Below are positions 1-12,675 of a DNA stretch of 64,000 nucleotides, piece by piece. Position 1 is the stretch's first letter; each line of letters begins with the position of its first letter. Source of the DNA: an uncultured Gemmatimonadales bacterium (GTDB lineage: Bacteria > Gemmatimonadota > Gemmatimonadetes > Gemmatimonadales > GWC2-71-9); NCBI GenBank assembly GCA_963739455.1, contig CAVUAK010000001.1:896001-960000 (forward strand), written 5' to 3'. The position numbers and the translations under genes are program-made. The notes under the pieces were generated by a model that did not search any database, was not told where the DNA came from, and saw only the letters and a list, made by a program, of their open reading frames with translations.

Positions 1-10
1 GGAGCGTGCG

Positions 11-1081
11 ATGAAGGCTCAAGAGTTGTGGCGCCTGGCCGTGCCGGTCGTGCTGGTCCTTGCCGCCGCCTGTGGCAGCGATTCCGGGTCACCCCCGCCT
101 GCGGGGGAGACCGGAAACTTGAGCATTCAGGTGACGGGCCTGCCGCCGGGATCGACCGCCGCTGCGACCGTGACCGGGCCTGGCGGCTACAACGAAGCCA
201 CCGTCTCAGGGACCCTGCTGAGTGGGCTCGACGTCGGCGCCTATACCGTCGCGGGTGCGCCGGTGAGCGACGCCGGATTCAGTTATCAGGCAAGCGCCGC
301 CGCTGCCACGGTGACCGATGGCGGCACTGCAACCGCGACGCTGACCTACGCCATCAAGACCCTGCCCCGAAGCACGGCGAACCGCCCCGACAACGGCGTG
401 GTCAACAAGTACCGCGTGATGTACGTCCTGCCGAGCGATGGCACGGACCGGAACCTGGACACCGACGGCACCATCATCCGCACCGTGTCATCGTTCCAGC
501 GCTGGTTCGCGACCCAGACCGGCGGGCGCCACCTTCGTCTCGACATGAGCGATGACGCGCTGGACATCACCTTTGCCCGCATCGGCCGGACCGACGCCAC
601 GATGAAATCCTACGGTGACTTCATTCGCGATACCCTGGAGAAGGAACTGGTGGCGGGAGGCTACTCGTCGCCCAGCACGATGCTGCTGGTCTATTACGAT
701 GGCGGACACCAGTCGCGCTGCGGGTCCGCTGCGACGCCGCCGGCACTGGTTGGCCCGGTGGGCGCGATCTTCATCAAGGGCCTGGCCGGTACGCCCTTCG
801 CCTGCGCCAACAACCCGTTTGCAGCCACACCGTGGGCCGCGCCCACCTACATCGAGTTCACCGCGGCCCACGAGGCGCTTCACCTGCTGGGCATCGTGAG
901 TTCCGGCGCGCCCGACTTCAACATCTATCACGTCGACAATGACCCGACCGACCTCATGTACGCCGGGGCACAGCCGTGGCATCCCTCCACGCTCGATGTG
1001 ACGAAGACCAACTACTACAACAGCACCTCCCTGCCGGGAGGTATCACCAACTTCTCGAACTCGGCCTACCTCACACCGTAA
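11..1081 (+). CDS. Lipoprotein with Ig-like N-terminal region and metzincin-like zinc metallopeptidase domain
   Basis: Lipobox LAAAC; HEALHLLG zinc motif followed by a distal His and a DLMY Met-turn-like motif. Confidence 0.65.
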   Translation: MKAQELWRLAVPVVLVLAAACGSDSGSPPPAGETGNLSIQVTGLPPGSTAAATVTGPGGYNEATVSGTLLSGLDVGAYTVAGAPVSDAGFSYQASAAAATVTDGGTATATLTYAIKTLPRSTANRPDNGVVNKYRVMYVLPSDGTDRNLDTDGTIIRTVSSFQRWFATQTGGRHLRLDMSDDALDITFARIGRTDATMKSYGDFIRDTLEKELVAGGYSSPSTMLLVYYDGGHQSRCGSAATPPALVGPVGAIFIKGLAGTPFACANNPFAATPWAAPTYIEFTAAHEALHLLGIVSSGAPDFNIYHVDNDPTDLMYAGAQPWHPSTLDVTKTNYYNSTSLPGGITNFSNSAYLTP

Positions 1082-1093
1082 CGGTCGCCGGAG

Positions 1094-1121
1094 GCTGCGG
1101 GCGGCTCACGCTGCCCGCAGC
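1094..1121 (+). terminator. GC-rich hairpin after the metallopeptidase gene
   Basis: GCTGCGGGCGGC-tcac-GCTGCCCGCAGC; no U-tract. Confidence 0.45.
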
Positions 1122-1336
1122 GCGCGGTGTCCTCTGGGGCGTCCCGCTGGATGTACACGTTAGGCAAGACGAATCCTTCCGCAGTTTTTGGACAGCACAT
1201 CACAATTCTGCCTGTGACAGCGAGTTACGGGGATCTTGTCGTCAGGGTGATTTTCGGCAGGGTTCGTGCTATTGGCCGCGCTCGTACCCATCCAAGACTG
1301 GAGCGCGGGGCGCGCGAGTGCCTCGTAACACAAGGC

Positions 1337-1693
1337 ATGAGAGCGAACCGTACTCTTCCGATCGGCACCACTACGTGGCGCGTGCTTGCCACGTTCGATT
1401 TCGATAACCAGGACCTGAGCGGCCGCGCTGCGCTGGTCGAGGGCGCTACGCTGCTGTTGCTGCGTCCTGACACGCTGCTCGAGGCCATTCCCCTCGTTGA
1501 GCTCGAGCTCATCGGTGAAGCCAACCCGGTGCTCGGCACCGACCCGGCCTTGTACCGGGCGCCGCTCCGGCTGCGGGATGGCCGCACCCTCGCCGTGACC
1601 GGTGAGCTGATGGACCTGGACCTGCTGGAGCGCTGGGTGGGGTACCTGCATGACCGGCAGCGGAAGGGCCGTACGGCGGGAGTTCGGAGGTAG
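1337..1693 (+). CDS. Hypothetical protein, 118 aa
   Basis: ATG at 1337 within ORF 1127..1693; coding-like codon usage only from here; stop abuts the mutS stop. Confidence 0.55.
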   Translation: MRANRTLPIGTTTWRVLATFDFDNQDLSGRAALVEGATLLLLRPDTLLEAIPLVELELIGEANPVLGTDPALYRAPLRLRDGRTLAVTGELMDLDLLERWVGYLHDRQRKGRTAGVRR

Positions 1694-4261
<2,568 letters not shown>

Positions 4262-4265
<4 letters not shown>

Positions 4266-5233
4266 GGTGCCACCACATAGGGAGTTCCACCGAGCTTGGC
4301 CTTGATCTTCGCCGCCGCCGCGGTTGCCTCGGCGCGAGTGGAGTACTCGCCCAGACGCACCTTGAAGTAGCCGCCATCCTTCACCACGATGCCGCTGAAC
4401 CCCGCCTTCCTTGCGCGATTGAGCATCTCGTCGGCCACGTCCTGGGTATTCGCCGCCACGATCTGCACCCGGTACGCGGATGGAACCGGTGCCGTTGCGG
4501 AGGGCGCAGGGCGGGGCAGCACCGGGATCGGTCCCGGTGGCTGGGGGATCTCGTTCAACTTGATCAGCGTGTCACGTGGCGGGACCGGAGGCGCAGCAGT
4601 GACCGGTGGACGCACCACGGTATCGGGCGCGGGCGCCGTGGCGACCGGTGCGGCCGCTGGCGGTGCCGGTACGGGCGTTGCCGTGGTCGCAGGACTGGCG
4701 GGACAACGGCGACTCAGGGCCAGGAGTTCTCCGCGGGCAGACGCGTCGCCGTTCGCCCGCGCCAGGCCATCGCTCACCCACTGACATGCCGCACTGGTGT
4801 TGTTGACATCGAAGCCGGCGCGCGCTCCCCAGAGGGCGGCCACCGTATAGAGCGATGAGGTGGCGTGATCGGTGCGGAATTTCTCCAGCGTCCGGCCGGC
4901 GGCAGCAGGGTCGCCATTCGCGTAGTCCAGTTGCGCCAGTGCGATCATCGCCGGCTCGGCCCAGGGCGAGAAGGGATACTCCACGATGACGCGCTGGAGT
5001 TGGCGTCGCACCTCTTCCGCAGTAGGTGCCACGAGAGCCGAGCTGTAGAGGATACCGGGAAAGAGTGAGTCGGTGGGGACAGTGGACTGCTCCATCCGCT
5101 TGAGCGTTGCGCGCGCGGAGTCGATGCGACCGTCCTGAGCGAGACGCAGGGCCGCGGTCAGCTCCGAGGACTGAGCGGCAAGATGACAAGGCGGCAAGAC
5201 GGCAAGAAACAGCAACAGAGTCAGGAACCTCAT
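4262..5233 (-). CDS. Secreted TPR-like / Pro-rich linker / SPOR domain protein
   Basis: Signal peptide, helical repeat region, PAP-rich linker, C-terminal YRVQIVA...YFKVRLGEYSTRAEA SPOR pattern. Confidence 0.85.
5176..5207. repeat. Octamer tandem repeat (CGGCAAGA x4, one degenerate) inside the SPOR signal-peptide coding region
   Basis: CGGCAAGA TGACAAGG CGGCAAGA CGGCAAGA. Confidence 0.75.
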
Positions 5234-6288
5234 GCGACTCGCTCTGAGCGTGAAATCCCCATGCGCATCACCAACTCTCCCAGCAATGCCTGTTCATCGC
5301 TGAGCGTCGTGCTCTTGAGTGCCTGGTCAGTGGCGAGTGTCGCGCGAATGGCAGCGCTGAGGCGCGAGGCAGGCCAGCGTTCCGACCAGCGAGCCCATTT
5401 TGCCGCCTCGGCCTTCCACTCCGGCAGGCCGTACGGCTTCGAAACAAGCATCGAACGAAAAATGGCCCCCTCGAGCGCGCCCCCCTTCGTGCCCTTGTCG
5501 CGATGCGCGCGCGCCAGCGACACGCCCGAGAGAGAGGTGCCGAGCAGGCTCACGAGCTTCACCCCGGAGATGCCCGACTGGTCGAGCACCGGGCGCAGCA
5601 AGGTGAGTGCCTTGCCGGTGGCATCGTCAAGCACGGCGTCACGCCAGTCGAACATCGTCTCGCCGTGACGCACGCCAACGAGGTCGCCCACCAGTTCGCG
5701 GGTGAGCTGCGTGCCCGGCGCGAGCGATGCCAGCTTCGCCAGTTCTGCATCGAGTGTGGTGAGGTCCCCACCCACCGCGTGGAGAAGGTGTTCCGCGGCC
5801 TCGGTCTCCAGGGTGATGCCCAGTTGCTCGGAACGGTGCCCCAGCCAGCGCAGCACCCGCTCAGGCGGCAGTGCCGCACAGCGGACCGTCACCGCGAGCC
5901 GGGCGAACTCCGCCTCGGGGTCGGGATCAGCGCCTCCCTGTACCAGCACCAGCACCGTCTCCACCGCCGGCCTGGCGAGATAGCGCAGCAGCTCGGCCCG
6001 TCCCCGCGCCTTCTTCTGCCACCCCTCCACGTCGCGCAGGATGACCACCCGACGGTCGGCCATCATCGGCAGCGTGTTGAGCAGCGTGGACAACTCTTCA
6101 GGATCGAGTGAGGTGGCGGTGCGCTGGTCGAAATTGAAGTCGCGCAGGGAAGGATCGAGCACCCGATCGGTGATTTCGCGGACCAGGTCGACCTTGAGAA
6201 GGTCCTCCGCGCCTACCAGATAGTAGACGGCGGAAACGTCGCCCTTCTTCAGGGCGCGGAGGGTGGCATCAAAGGTCTGTTCGGGCAC
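5230..6288 (-). CDS. holA: DNA polymerase III subunit delta
   Basis: VYYLVGAEDLLK, DFNFD, TLPMMADRRVVIL, VGGDLTTLDAELAKL, terminal DQALKS. Confidence 0.92.
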   Translation of the reverse strand: MPEQTFDATLRALKKGDVSAVYYLVGAEDLLKVDLVREITDRVLDPSLRDFNFDQRTATSLDPEELSTLLNTLPMMADRRVVILRDVEGWQKKARGRAELLRYLARPAVETVLVLVQGGADPDPEAEFARLAVTVRCAALPPERVLRWLGHRSEQLGITLETEAAEHLLHAVGGDLTTLDAELAKLASLAPGTQLTRELVGDLVGVRHGETMFDWRDAVLDDATGKALTLLRPVLDQSGISGVKLVSLLGTSLSGVSLARAHRDKGTKGGALEGAIFRSMLVSKPYGLPEWKAEAAKWARWSERWPASRLSAAIRATLATDQALKSTTLSDEQALLGELVMRMGISRSERVA

Positions 6289-6342
6289 GCCACATCCTAT
6301 TTCCTGACCGGGGTAAATAGAAGGGGCTTGCGTGTGCCGAGC

Positions 6343-6885
6343 TCACGCCCGCCGGTGGAAGCACTGCACGAACATCAAGGCAGTCAACGTCTTGGCGTCG
6401 CGGATCTCCCCCTGCCGAATCCGGCGGCCGACTTCCGACCAGCGAACCTCGTGGACCTCCATGAACTCGTCGGCCTCACGAGCGGTCGGAACCGGGGTAA
6501 GATTATGGGCAGAGTAGAGATGGATCAGTTCGTCGGTGAAGCCCGGGGTGGTGAGTATCGACACCAGCGGCACTAACTGCCCGGCCGACATGCCCGCTTC
6601 CTCCCGCAATTCCCGTCGGGCACAGTCCTCGGGTGCCTCGCCATCGTCCAGGCGGCCTGCGGGAATTTCCCACAGGTATCCGTCGGCGGCGTGGCGAAAC
6701 TGGCGCAGCATGAGCACCCGCGGGTCGGCGGAATCGGGCGGGTCTACGAAAGGCACCACGGCCGCGGCGCCGGGATGCCGTATCATTTCGAGGTGGCCGA
6801 TGCTGCCATCCGGGAACTTCACGGTATCGACATCGAGGTCGATGATCCGCCCGGAATACTTTCGCTCAGTGGTGATCCTGGTCAT
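6343..6885 (-). CDS. NUDIX hydrolase (ADP-ribose pyrophosphatase-like)
   Basis: HPGAAAVVP, RQFRHA, Nudix box GRLDDGEAPEDCARRELREEAG, TPGFTDE, DAKT. Confidence 0.92.
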   Translation of the reverse strand: MTRITTERKYSGRIIDLDVDTVKFPDGSIGHLEMIRHPGAAAVVPFVDPPDSADPRVLMLRQFRHAADGYLWEIPAGRLDDGEAPEDCARRELREEAGMSAGQLVPLVSILTTPGFTDELIHLYSAHNLTPVPTAREADEFMEVHEVRWSEVGRRIRQGEIRDAKTLTALMFVQCFHRRA

Positions 6886-6918
6886 GGTTGCTCCTCTTTG
6901 GCCGCGTGAATTCTAGCC

Positions 6919-9682
6919 ATGACTGCTGTTGACCCCACTCCCGAGGTCGTTCCAGCGCCGCGGATGGTGCTCTGGCCACTCATCATCGTGGGAGTGCTCC
7001 TCGCAGGCGCCGCCGTCTGGTATGCCCAGGCGGCTGACGTCAACCTCAAGGGCGCGGCGCGTCTCTCCATCGTCCTTGCGCCTGGCGTCGTGGCACTGGC
7101 GTGGTCCCTCATCGCGTATGCCCTCGCGTTCCGGCCCGCCTTTCCCCAGGTGCCAGCGCGCTGGTGGCTCATCGCGCTGGCAGGACTCTCCCAGTCCCTC
7201 GGGTTCGTCATCTTTGCCTTCCGCGACCAGACCCCGAACATTCGACTCCCTGGTCCCGCCGCCGAGGCGGTCAGCCTGGCGATGCAGTTCTGCTTCATCG
7301 CGGTGCAGCCGCTCATGGTGCTGGGCCTCGCGGCATTCCCCTCGACGGAGCTTGGTCGACTCGCGCGTCGCAGGTACCTCCTCGATGCAACGATCATCGC
7401 GCTGAGCGGCGCGCTCGTGCTCTGGGCGGTGTCGAGCCAGCGCGCGGCGCTCGTGGGGAGCAGCCGGCCATCAGTGCTGCAGGTGCTGTATGCAGTTGGC
7501 GACCTGCTGGTGCTCTTCACCCTCGCCACCCACCTGTTCCGGCTGTCGCCCCGGCTCCCGCTCTGGCAGGGGCTGGCGTTGTTCACGCTCGGTGCCGGGC
7601 TCATGCTGCTCACCAACAGCTGGGTACCCAACCAGCCCGCCGCCGCCTCGCTGCGTGGTGCCATGCCGCACGAGCGCACCTTCTACGCGGAACTGCTGTT
7701 CGTCGCGGGCCTGGCCTGGCTGTGGGTCTGTGCCGGCTCCCAGGGTGCTCCCACCACTGCGGAGAGACGATCCACCGGTGTCGGGCTCGTCTCCTTCGGC
7801 GCGCTCGCGGCGGGCTACGTCCTGCTTGCGGTGGTGGCGAGCCGCAGCGAGTCGCGGCTCGTCATCGGCCTGACCATCGGCGCGGCGGTGCTTACGGCGG
7901 TGGTGGTGCTGCGACAGATCGTCACCGTGCGCGAGAACCTCGACCACGCGGCACAACGCACCCGCCGCAGCGTGGAGGAGCGGTTCGAGTCGCTGGTTGC
8001 CAATGCGTCGGAGGCGATCGTGGTGGTGGACCGGGACGGAACAGTGCTCTATGCCAGCCCCTCGGTACAGCGCCTCCTCGGCCTGGTCCCGGAGGAAGTG
8101 ATCGGCCGGCCATTCGACGCGCTGCTGCACCCCGATGAGTCGGTCTCCGCGCGGACGTTCCTGCACGAGCTGCTGGCGCGCCCCTGGGGAAGCACGGTGC
8201 GCTCGTGGCGGCTGCGTCGCGCCGACGGCGGCTGGGCGTGGGGGGAGACGACGGCGACCAACCTGCTCGCCGACCCGAACGTGCGCGGCATCGTGCTCAA
8301 CACCCGCGACATCACCGAGCGCCGCGAGCTGGAGCAGCGCCTCACGCACCAGGCGATGCACGATGGGCTCACCGGCCTCGCCAACCGCGTGCTCCTGCGG
8401 AGCCGGCTCGAGGCGGCACTGCGTCGCCCGCGGCCCGGTTCCGCGCTGCCGCCGGCGCTCCTCTTCCTCGATCTCGACGGGTTCAAGGGCGTCAACGACA
8501 CCTTCGGTCATGCGCAGGGCGACGCCCTGCTCATCGCGGCCGCGACGCGCCTGCGGGAGCAGGTCGGCGCGCAGGACGTCGTGGCCCGCCTGGGTGGCGA
8601 CGAGTTCGCGGTGCTGCTCGAGTCTCCCCGCGACCGGCAGGCAGTGCTCGACATAGCGCAACCGGATCACCTCGGCGCTCAAGGTGCCGTTCCGCGTGTT
8701 CGGCCGGGAGACGGCGGGCTCCGCGAGCCTTGGCGTCGCCATCGCCGACCCGGTCGACTCCGCCGGCGACGTGCTGCGCCATGCCGATGTGGCGATGTAT
8801 CTCGCCAAGGCCAACGGCCGCGGGCGCTACGAGCTCTTCGAGCCACGCATGCTCGAGTCGGTGGTGGGGCGGCTCGGCCTGCAGTCCGACCTGCGCCGGG
8901 CACTCGACGATCCCGACAGCCGGGAGTTCCTCTTCGACTACCAGCCGATCGTGGAACTCGCGACGCAGCGCGTGGTGGGCGTCGAGGCGCTGATTCGCTG
9001 GGATCATCCCGTGCAGGGGCGCATCACGCCGGCGGTCTTCGTGCCGCTCGCGGAGGAGACCGGGCTCATCGTGCCACTCGGCCGTCGCGTGCTGCATCTC
9101 GCCTGTCGCGATTCGGCACCCTGGGTGCGCGAGTATCCCGGGATGCACGTCACCGTGAACCTCTCGGCGCGACAGCTACCCGATCCTGCGCTCGCCGCCG
9201 AGGTCGCCGATGCACTCGCGAAGTCGGGCCTGCCACCGGCGTCCCTGGTGCTGGAGCTCACCGAGAGCGCCATCATGCAGCAGCCGGAGCGCTCGGCGCA
9301 GGTGTTCCGCGAGCTGCGCGGTCTCGGTGTGCGGCTCGCGATCGACGATTTCGGCACCGGATACTCGTCGCTGAGCTACTTGCAGCAGCTGCCAGCGGCG
9401 ATCCTCAAGATCGATCGCTCGTTCCTCACCTCGCTCGACCAGGGGCCGAACGGGGCGACGCTGGTGAAGGGCATCATCGGCCTCGCGAACGGCCTGGGGC
9501 TCATCACGGTGGCGGAAGGGATCGAGACGGAGGAACAGGCGACCATCCTCCGTGCGCTGGGCTGCAGCTGCGGGCAGGGACTGCTCTTCTCGCCACCGTT
9601 GCCGGCGGCGCAGGTGAGTGACTGGCTCGATGATGCGGCGGTGATCAGTGCATCGGGCGGGGCACGGGTACTGGGGCGCTGA
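6919..9682 (+). CDS. Membrane-bound PAS-GGDEF-EAL c-di-GMP cyclase/phosphodiesterase (indel near 8662)
   Basis: About 9 TM helices, PAS (LHPDE..RDITER), HDGLTGLANR, RLGGDEF; second frame has YQPIV, EALIRW, DDFGTGYSSLSYL, AEGIET. Confidence 0.93.
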
Positions 9683-10291
9683 TCAGCGGTTCGGTACCAG
9701 GCTTTGCACCCAGGCCACCGGCACCTTCCACGACTCCGCCATGAGGTATCCCAGTTCGAGCCGTGGGTTCTCCGAGATGGGGCTCGTGGTGGTGGGGGAA
9801 AGATACGCCGTGATGCCGGTGCGACGCGCCTCGACCCGGAGGCGCGCCATGTGGAACGGGTCGCTCACCAGGATCACCGTCTTCACCTTCGCCTTCTTTA
9901 CCCACGCGGCGACGGCGGTCATTGATTCCCCGGTGGACCGCCCCTCGGCCTCGAGCGAAATGGCCGACGCCGGCACGCCGCGCGCCGTGAGATAGCGCTT
10001 GCCCACCGTGGCTTCGCTCTCCACATCACCCCGGCCCACGCCGCCAGTGAGCATCACCTTGGGCGCCAGGCCGGCGCGATAGAGCGCGAGGGCATGATCC
10101 AGCCGAGCCTGAAGCACCGGGGACGGCCGGCCGTTGTACTGCGCCGCGCCGAGCACCACGATGGCATCGGCCGGCCTGCGCTCATCTACCGTGGCGGTAC
10201 TGAGCACCACCACAAAGGCGGCAACGAGGGCCACCGCCGCGAGCAGCGCCAGCCCGAGGAATGCGCGGGACAAACGGCGGATGATGCTCAT
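9683..10291 (-). CDS. YdcF/DUF218 family protein
   Basis: ADAIVVLGAA, ARLDHA, TGG, SEA, ST.E, VSDPFHMAR. Confidence 0.9.
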   Translation of the reverse strand: MSIIRRLSRAFLGLALLAAVALVAAFVVVLSTATVDERRPADAIVVLGAAQYNGRPSPVLQARLDHALALYRAGLAPKVMLTGGVGRGDVESEATVGKRYLTARGVPASAISLEAEGRSTGESMTAVAAWVKKAKVKTVILVSDPFHMARLRVEARRTGITAYLSPTTTSPISENPRLELGYLMAESWKVPVAWVQSLVPNR

Positions 10292-10324
10292 GTCGACTGG
10301 GGAACGGCTCGGCGACGTGCCGGC

Positions 10325-11713
10325 TCAGAGTGTGTAGGTATCACCCTGTTCCGGAACATGCACTTCGCGCACCCCTTCTTCTCGCAGCAGGTCGGCCATC
10401 GCCCCAAGCGCGGGGGCCTCGCCATGTACCACGAACGCGCGCTTGATCGGTCCGCCGAGGCGCCGCACCCACGATCGGAGTTCAGTGCGGTCCGCGTGCG
10501 CCGAGTAGCCGTCGATCGACACGACCTCCGCCCGGCGCTCGTAGGTATCGCCGAAGATCTTCACCACTGCCTGCTGTTCCTGGATCCGCCGGCCCAGGGT
10601 GTGCGCCGCCTGGAAACCCACGAAGAGCACGCAGTTCCGGTGGTCGCCGACATGATTGGCGAGGTGATGCAGAATCCGCCCCGATTCCACCATGCCCGAA
10701 GCCGCGATGATGACTGCCGGGCCGTTGAGCGTGTTGAGCTTCTTCGAGTCGGCGACATCGCGCACGTAGCGCACCAGCGGAAAGTCGAAGGGCGAGAACC
10801 CCTTCTCGATGAGCTGTTCCCGGTGGTCGAACACATCGGGGTGCAGGCGGAACACCTCGGTAGCGCTGACGGCGAGTGGGCTGTCCACATAGACAGGAAT
10901 TTCCGGCATCTCCCCGCGACGCCACAGCTGGTGCAGGGCATAGACCAGTTCCTGCACCCGTCCCACCGCGAATGCCGGGATCAGGATCTTCCCGCCGCGG
11001 GCGGCCACCGTCCGGACCACCTCGCCGAGGCGCTTTTCGGCATCTGCGACGCTCTCGTGATCGCGGTCGGCATAGGTTGCCTCGACGATGAGCGTGTCGA
11101 TGGGTCCCGACGGCGGCTGCGGGTCGCGGATGATCGGCAGCCCACTGCGGCCGATATCGCCGGAGAAGACGATGCGCTGGGGCGCGCCCTCGCTGCAGCG
11201 CAGGTCCACCGTGGCCGAGCCAAGGATGTGGCCGGCGTCGGTGAACTCGGCGGTCAGCATTTTCCGCAGGTGCAGCGGGCGGCGGTATGGAAGTCCGACC
11301 ATGAGGTCCTGCACCTCGGCGGCATCAGCGAGCGAATAGAGCGGCTCACTCTCGGGTCCGCCCTTGCCGTGCCGGCGTAGGAACTCGGCGTCCTTCTCCT
11401 GGATATGCGCGGCATCGGGCAGCATCACGGCGCACAGGTCGCGCGTGGCAGGGGTGCAGTAGATCGGCCCGTGGAAGCCGTTCTTCACCAGCAGCGGCAG
11501 GCGCCCGGTGTGGTCGATGTGCGCGTGGCTGACCACCACCATGTCGATGCGGCGGGCATCGAACGGCAGCTCCGCGTTGAGCTTCCGCGCCTCGGAGCGC
11601 CGTCCCTGGAAGAGCCCCGCGTCAAGCAGGATCCTCGCGCCGGCAGCCTCGAGCAGGAACATGGAGCCGGTGACCTGGCCCGCGGCGCCGAAGAATGAGA
11701 GACGTAAACTCAT
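10325..11713 (-). CDS. MBL-fold beta-CASP RNA-processing metallo-hydrolase
   Basis: GAAGQVTGS, SHAHIDHTG, AGHILGS, FSGDIG, SAHAD, VHGE. Confidence 0.93.
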   Translation of the reverse strand: MSLRLSFFGAAGQVTGSMFLLEAAGARILLDAGLFQGRRSEARKLNAELPFDARRIDMVVVSHAHIDHTGRLPLLVKNGFHGPIYCTPATRDLCAVMLPDAAHIQEKDAEFLRRHGKGGPESEPLYSLADAAEVQDLMVGLPYRRPLHLRKMLTAEFTDAGHILGSATVDLRCSEGAPQRIVFSGDIGRSGLPIIRDPQPPSGPIDTLIVEATYADRDHESVADAEKRLGEVVRTVAARGGKILIPAFAVGRVQELVYALHQLWRRGEMPEIPVYVDSPLAVSATEVFRLHPDVFDHREQLIEKGFSPFDFPLVRYVRDVADSKKLNTLNGPAVIIAASGMVESGRILHHLANHVGDHRNCVLFVGFQAAHTLGRRIQEQQAVVKIFGDTYERRAEVVSIDGYSAHADRTELRSWVRRLGGPIKRAFVVHGEAPALGAMADLLREEGVREVHVPEQGDTYTL

Positions 11714-11728
11714 AAGACTCCGATGTCG

Positions 11729-11785
11729 GTGAGGGGTGAGGAGTGAGGAGTGAAGAGGAACGCCCCCTTGCCCCTCACTCATCAC
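11729..11785. repeat. Fold-back heptamer repeat (GTGAGGA) between upp and the MBL nuclease gene
   Basis: GTGAGGG GTGAGGA GTGAGGA GTGAAGA ... CCCTCAC TCATCAC; the upp stop lies in the last unit. Confidence 0.8.
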
Positions 11786-12426
11786 CTCGTCCCAAATAGC
11801 CTGTCGCCCGCGTCTCCCAACCCCGGGAGAATGTAGCCCTTCTCGTTCAGCTGCCGGTCGAGTGCGGCAGCGTAGATCATGACGTCGGGATGGGCCGAAC
11901 CCATCTGCTCCACGCCCTCAGGCGCCGCCAGGATGCAGAGGAACCGGATGCGGGTGGCCCCGGCTGCCTTGAGTGCCGTCACGGCAGCGACGCCTGATCC
12001 GCCGGTGGCGAGCATCGGGTCGAGCACGAAGAAGTCTCGCGCGTCGTCGGTGGCTGGCACCTTGAAGTAGTAGTCGCGCGGCTGGAGTGTCTCGTGGTCG
12101 CGCACCATGCCGATGTGCCCCACGCGGGCCGACGGCACCAGTTGCGTGAAGCCGTCCACCATGCCGAGCCCCGCACGCAGGATGGGCACGAGCACGAGCT
12201 TCTTTCCGGCCACCTGTGTTCCCACCATCCGCTCGAGCGGCGTCTCGATTTCGTGCGGCTCGGTGGGAAGGTCCTTCGTCACCTCGTAGCCCATCAGCAC
12301 GCTGATCTCGGTCACCAGCTGCTTGAAGTCCCGCGTCGTCGTGTGACGATCACGCAGGAGCGTGAGCTTGTGCTGGATGAGCGGATGGTCGAGGACGATG
12401 AGGTTGGGAAAACGCTGGGCGACCAT
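11782..12426 (-). CDS. upp: Uracil phosphoribosyltransferase
   Basis: [48 protein letters not shown]. Confidence 0.97.
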   Translation of the reverse strand: MVAQRFPNLIVLDHPLIQHKLTLLRDRHTTTRDFKQLVTEISVLMGYEVTKDLPTEPHEIETPLERMVGTQVAGKKLVLVPILRAGLGMVDGFTQLVPSARVGHIGMVRDHETLQPRDYYFKVPATDDARDFFVLDPMLATGGSGVAAVTALKAAGATRIRFLCILAAPEGVEQMGSAHPDVMIYAAALDRQLNEKGYILPGLGDAGDRLFGTR

Positions 12427-12429
12427 GCC

Positions 12430-12469
12430 GCAAATATGTCGGGCGGACATGGTGCAGGACAACCTGTCC
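12430..12469. promoter_or_regulatory. Putative enhancer (UAS) boxes GACA-N3-TGTC upstream of the sensor kinase
   Basis: GGACAACCTGTCC (12457-12469, perfect arms) plus degenerate GCAAATATGTC and GACATGGTGCA; same motif recurs at 15529-15571. Confidence 0.55.
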
Positions 12470-12584
12470 CGGCCGGGTCAACTTGGCGTGCCGTCCGGGC
12501 CGGCGTGGTGACCGGTACCCGGCGGGTCGCGCCCAACGATGTGCGAAGAAATGAGTTGGGGTTCCCTGCCGCGCCGCCGGGCAG

Positions 12585-12600
12585 CGGCACGCGCCGTGCC
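12585..12600 (+). promoter_or_regulatory. Putative sigma54 -24/-12 promoter of the two-component operon
   Basis: CGGCACGCGCCGTGCC = GG-N10-GC with GGCACG. Confidence 0.6.
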
Positions 12601-12675
12601 CTCAGCGGCACGATGGACCGCCCCGGATTCCTCGCCGCTGGCCCCATCGAGGGGCGCATGCGAGATTCGCCAGAC

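Noticed and set aside
10325..11713. MBL nuclease as an anti-phage effector
   Set aside because: Housekeeping beta-CASP type in an upp operon with no defence-associated neighbours
12094..12675. N-terminal extension of the 676-aa kinase ORF, and other long overlapping or antisense ORFs in the track
   Set aside because: Shadow ORFs expected at high GC; overlaps upp and the promoter region, Arg/Pro-rich without motifs
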